This document shows positions 58,177 through 64,000 of a stretch of 64,000 bases of DNA, piece after piece. A program made the translations under genes and the position numbers. The DNA is taken from NCBI GenBank assembly GCA_964016885.1, contig OZ024755.1, positions 29,450,001 to 29,514,000 on the forward strand, given 5' to 3'. The notes under the pieces were generated by a model. It did no database searches and was not told where the DNA came from. It was given only the letters and a program-made list of their open reading frames with translations. The stretch's first letter is position 1, and each line of letters starts with the position of its first letter. The DNA comes from Eledone cirrhosa (Eukaryota).

Positions 58177-58792
58177 TGACTGTGTATAAGCATGGGTGTG
58201 ATTGTATATATTGTTTTCTGAAATCCTGTATCATATTTCGGACTTTATATGTTTTCAGAATTTATTCAGGTATTTCGGATATATTATATTTCTTTGGACA
58301 AAATCTGTGACTTTCTACGATGCTAGTATATCTTATCAAAAATTTATGTCTGTATTGGATTGTTTTCCTGGTATTCGTTATGAGTTTTCACTTGTTTGTC
58401 ATACTTTATTGCCTCTCCAATATTTGTACAGGATGTTCATTATGTTATTCAAATGCTAAGCTATTTTTCTTTTCATTCGTTCTGCACAAAACTTTCATAA
58501 TATTTTCTATGGAACAGACAGCAGAAATCAATTGTTCTATTTTCTTTCTGACGAGCCGTATCGGCAACATTTGAAGGATTATATATGAAAAGACATTTTA
58601 CTGCAATGCAATTGCTCTCAAAGTTTTGCATCTTTCTAAATAAATGACATTTCATAACGGATTTATCATGGTGTATTATGTTATTATTGAGAAGGAATGT
58701 TTCTTCTGGAAAAGCCCTTGCTGTTGTTACTACTACTACTACTACTACTACTAGCAGTGCTGCTGCTGCTACTACCACTACCACTAATATAA

Positions 58793-59181
<389 letters not shown>

Positions 59182-59834
59182 CGTCGCATTTCGGCTATTG
59201 GAAATTAGCGAAAAACAACTTCCGAATTGTGTGGCGAGCGCTCAATAGATACGAGTGGACTAGAGCAGTAAACTTACGTTAAAAAGGCCAAACACACTGA
59301 GACGATGGTTAAACCATTAACCGCAATATATAATTATTACCTATAAAGGTCATGTTTCATGTGAAAAATAGTAGGAAATTTAAAATCCGTAACTATTGCG
59401 AATAGAAATTCATTTTATTCCATTTATCTCCGCTGATAATCATTCACATTTAAATCAGTTTACTAACGGAGTAATGTGAGTATGGTTTAATGTACCTATG
59501 ATTAACATTAGAATATTTTTTCATGATACGAATTTTTCTTTCAAGTGTCGGCTGAAATAACATATTCAGTGGGGAAGGTGTTTCTAATGAAACATCCCAA
59601 TAACGAAGCATTGATAACATCTATCTAACTACTTTATAGCGTAGGAATAGCAGCTACCATGTCTAAAATTATATCAAAGGAACTCAAACAAAATAAACCA
59701 CGTATTTGACACGATTCACTTTGGTACGGCTAAAGTGGGAATGAATATTTTAACCGAAATGTAATGCATACATACATACATACATACATACATACATACA
59801 TACATACATACATACATACATACATACATACATG

Positions 59835-60081
59835 CATCATTATTGGAGCTAGGGGTTATATACCAACCCGCTTGGACCAAAGTATGACTGAACTTGGATT
59901 TGCGGACAAAAAGCGCAGCTCCCTAATTCATAGTTTACAAATGGCTGCGATAGCTGGCACCTTCAAAATGTGCAAAACATTCTTGTGATTCAAGAGATGG
60001 CAATTTCTTTTCTTTTACAACCTTGCCACCAAGAAGGTGGCCGGTCAAAAAAATATACTCGAAATTAAGAGAAAGAGATAA
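59835..60081 (+). mobile_element. Second, shorter R4/Dong-like copy
   Basis: Near-identical to 16461-16706; (CATA)n on both sides. Confidence 0.9.
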
Positions 60082-60411
60082 CATACATACATACATATAT
60101 GCATGATGGCTGCAAACTCTGCTAAAAATATTGCAATCGCTTGTCAGATTACAGAAAAGGGTGCAATTTCAGGCTACGGCCAGCCACACAAACCTGTAAC
60201 AGATCCTGAACAAGCAATGCCTGCGCTTTGAAGGTGTTTTCTAAGTGGAGAATGACCTTGCACCCGACCACTAACTAGAATTTTATCTTCAAAATATTGC
60301 TTTGTGGTTTAACATGATCTGAGCAGTGTGTGAATCTAGAAGGCCTTGGAGTTTTACCGCTAATTCTCTCAGAAAGATATCATGTAGCCATAAGATTGTT
60401 ATATATTATGG

Positions 60412-60452
<41 letters not shown>

Positions 60453-60589
60453 TCTCACTCGCTCTCTCTCTCTCTCTCCTCAGTGTTTTTAATAGCTATG
60501 GTTTTCTAAATGTTTATTTATTAACATAACATACCGTATTTCTTTAGAAATACGAAATTCAAATGTATATACATATATATATTTTTCTT

Positions 60590-60960
60590 CTACGTCCACT
60601 TATTTCTGAGGGGAACTTGAGTACAGGTACCTCAAACATTCCTTCTGAGGGTCCTGTTGGAAGTAACTTATCCGGCTGGGGCACCAGGCGAGACCAGACA
60701 AGCTCATAGATGTCATCCAAATATCTCGCTCGGGGTCTCCTGACGGTTGGTTTTGCCCGTAAAAATCTGTCCAGCGATTCTGTCCTGAGACATTCTAACC
60801 ACATGTCGCAACTGTGATCTCTCAGTTCTGAGAAGTAGTGTCTCTACCTGAAGTGATTCTCTGATCTCCTACCTATGCACTCTATCCAGTAACGTTAATC
60901 CAAAGACCCTTGGGAGCAACCCTATTTCAGCCGCTTGTATTCTTTCGGTCATTTTTATTT
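60590..60960 (-). pseudogene. RTE LINE C-terminal fragment
   Basis: RRPRARYLDDIYELVWSRL, like RTE GRPR.RW.D....L.W..L. Confidence 0.65.
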
Positions 60961-62089
60961 CCTCATGGTTAATTTTAAATAGCACAACCTCTTCCTCATG
61001 TCTAAACCATTGAAACACCCTTTGTATTCAGTACTTCCATGATGCTAGTCTTAAAATCAGTATGTGTTACCACCACCTGTACATAATTCTGACAAGTTAA
61101 AATATAAAATTGCCTGCATTTATCTCACTAGCATGCTGAATAAAAGAAAATTATCTCATGCAGTTGGTATGCTATAAAAAAAATCCTGAAATGTTTATCT
61201 GTAAAGATATGTTATTGAATAAATATTGTATATATCTTAGATCATTCGCCCACGTAAGAAACCTATTGAGCGTCTTTAACTTTAATGTTTCCTTTTATCA
61301 TTTTTCTATTTCTGAAGTATTATTCTAAATATCTCATCCTATATAAATATATCTAGAAGTATATAGATACCGTTTGATATCGTTAGAGTCTACGCCATGG
61401 TAATAGAAACAATTTCAAGCCATAAAGTAAACATATATTTTTCTCCCATTTCTGATTGCGCAATCCCTGAATGCAACAATATGTGTTTGTTTTTAGTTTT
61501 CTGCATTCTACATACGCCTAGCATTTGCAATTGACTAATACCTTCAATTGTAGACAAAATGGAGTCTATTAGCCTGCATAATCTATTTTGACAGATTAAC
61601 AATAGCATGCAGATTTTGAGACTATAGATTTAGTGTAATATTTTAGCTCCAAACTATTTTGTATGACATTTTCATGTTTCGTTTTCTAAACGTACCCTGT
61701 GTATATACATACATGTACATGTACACAGGCATATATATATATGCATAGAATTGTCTGTGGGAATCGAAGGCACATCAGCAGGACTCCGTTCGGCTGCGAT
61801 ACAATTATACTGAAGAATAACTTGGTTTAAGTACGCCCGGAAGGGTTTAAATGTACATATTAGACTACTTTTCATAGTCAAGTCTCCGTTGTAGTTGGTC
61901 AAACTAAGCTAACATACTTTAAAAAAATTAAATATTTGCTCATCAATGTGTAAAATAAATGAGGTTCGCTTACATATACTGTCTGAAAGTTGATATATAA
62001 AATTTGACGGATAAGTGATCAGTCTTGCTTTGGTGTAATAAATGGTAGCACGGCCGTCCAGCATACGTTAGTACAACCGATGAAATTAA

Positions 62090-62700
62090 ATCCCACAGGC
62101 ATTATTGTTCAATCTTTCCGTATATAGTTGATTTTATACTCTGTCTGGTGAGCTACTAGACACAATCTCCGCATAGCAGATTACAATAGGAGAACACATT
62201 TTCAAAATTGAAATTCCCTGAACAATTGTCGGAGATTACCTTCTGTCGAGTTAATTAACACATGTCGTCTGCAAATTCCAACCGACTGATTTTATACCAA
62301 CTAGTCATGATACCACTTCCAACCCGGCTGCGAATGTCAATCCTGTTTATATAAATAATAAACAGGAAACGTGACAGTATACACCCTTGGCGGAGTCCGA
62401 CTCCCATATTGAATGCTTTCCATTTAGCACTATTTATCCGAACTCAAATGCTCGGACATTCGTATAGAGACACGAGTGCGGCAGGAAGCTGACCATCGAT
62501 CCCATACGCTTGCACAACCTTCCATAGGAGGTACCAAAGAACGCTGTCATATGCCTTTTCAAGGTCGGCAAAACAAGAATATACCTCTTGGCAATACTCC
62601 CACGATTTCTCGAATACCTGCCGCAGTGTAAATATTTGGTTGCCGTTCTATGTCCGGGGTGAAAACCGCACTGTTCATTAGCTAGCTCATATCGAAACTA
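62090..62700 (-). pseudogene. RTE-clade reverse transcriptase fragment
   Basis: Minus reads CFADLEKAYDSV, FNMGVGLRQGCILSRFLFIIY and FADD in the expected order. Confidence 0.85.
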
Positions 62701-63764
62701 GCCCTCATATCTGGTGGACATATCGTTATCTGCCACCAGCGACCCGTTCTCTGACAGAACAGCTCTGCCGAGAAATCTTTAATTATATTTCTGTAAATGT
62801 GCCTGCCATTTTTATTTATCCGACTAGCCTCAGTCCTAGCAATGAACTCTTATTCGATAATCAACTTGCGTGGGGATCATATATCTCATCTTAGCTCACC
62901 TTATGATATCGCCCAGGCTTAGTGCAGTACACAGCAACTCATCTGTCTAACGATCCGCTAGACAAATCTGCTGAATTACCATGTGTAGTAGCTGTGTCAG
63001 AAATTGATATATCGACGTTTCTGCCCTATTTTCCGATCAAACTTACATCTAAAATTCAGCCTTACACAGCCATCATCACTGCTTCAAAATAGTATCACAT
63101 GATACTATCTAACCAAGGCAATTTACAACAATTTCCTGGTCTGAACCATCTGCTACTTCAAGTTATTTTACTTGTCATAGCCCCGGATGTTCCTAGCTGA
63201 CTGTCCTTGCCAGGTATTATACTTCAGACATAATATACTTGAAACAACTAAGCAGTTGATCGTGATATCCTCTTCAGTATCTTATGAATTTTAATTATTA
63301 TTGTGTTGCGTGCTTTTACTTCAAAACCAAATGCAAATCCATTCACCTCGGGTACTGCTGTGTTTTGATATGATTTTCATTTTCTATCGCATTGAGAGTA
63401 ATCGACATGTGCGCTACATAATAAGAGTGGTAGAGCTGTTATTTTGGTTATGTTCACATAGTTTAAGCAATGCGAAGAAACTTATTATATGGGTTATTTT
63501 GTTCCGAATACTTACGTTTTGGGTTTCAATTTGGATAATTTGCTAGTAGATTTTATTTTTATGAAAGGGAGGTGATTTGAATAAGGACAGCATTTATAAA
63601 CAATACATGATACTTTCTGAAACAATGATAATAATTCCAATAACTACATATTCGTCTTTTGCAATTGATATTCCGAATGGGAGAAGCATTATCGTAAATT
63701 CTGTTGGGAATAATCCTTCACTTATTATTATCATTATTAAAGGGGGTCTTATAAGGATGAAACG

Positions 63765-63867
63765 CCGAGGTTAACTTTGCCTTTCATCCTTATGGAGTCG
63801 ATAAAATAAAGTACGAGTAATATACTGGGTAATTTCTGGCCTTGTGCCAAAAGTAGAAACAATTATT
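63765..63867 (+). mobile_element. SINE 3' half
   Basis: SINE core and tail; ATTATTAAAGGGGG repeated on both sides. Confidence 0.85.
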
Positions 63868-64000
63868 AAAGGGGGACTCTATTAAACGCAGCGATATATC
63901 CACATATATGCATGCATACATATATACATGCATACATACCGGCATCTTTGAACGCACTTCGGTTACAATGAAATATGTTGAATAATGGACCTGCCTATTC

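Overview
Eukaryotic, very AT-rich, microsatellite-laden DNA with no host gene exon that I can support. The dominant tRNA-derived SINE resembles one I recall from octopus genomes, so a cephalopod source is likely but not proven. Nearly all long ORFs in the track are translations of simple repeats. Recognisable content: about 20 SINE copies; decayed non-LTR retrotransposon pieces (R4/Dong-like, RTE, RTE-X, BovB-like, Tx1/L1, CRE, Vingi/Ingi-like); three MITEs; Helitron-like pieces; and multi-kb (TA)n arrays. The main signal is a dense set of short, ORF-less, asymmetric fold-back elements sitting in or against (TA)n tracts, from at least nine sequence families. Most carry a type I minimal hammerhead ribozyme fold (CUGANGA, stem II, GAAA, palindromic stem III, NUH, stem I). 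I read 12 complete folds by eye, plus several decayed or half folds. The architecture and a probable GIY-YIG C-terminal remnant at 8213-8398 point to Penelope-like retroelements. All folds and family assignments were made by eye, without a database search.
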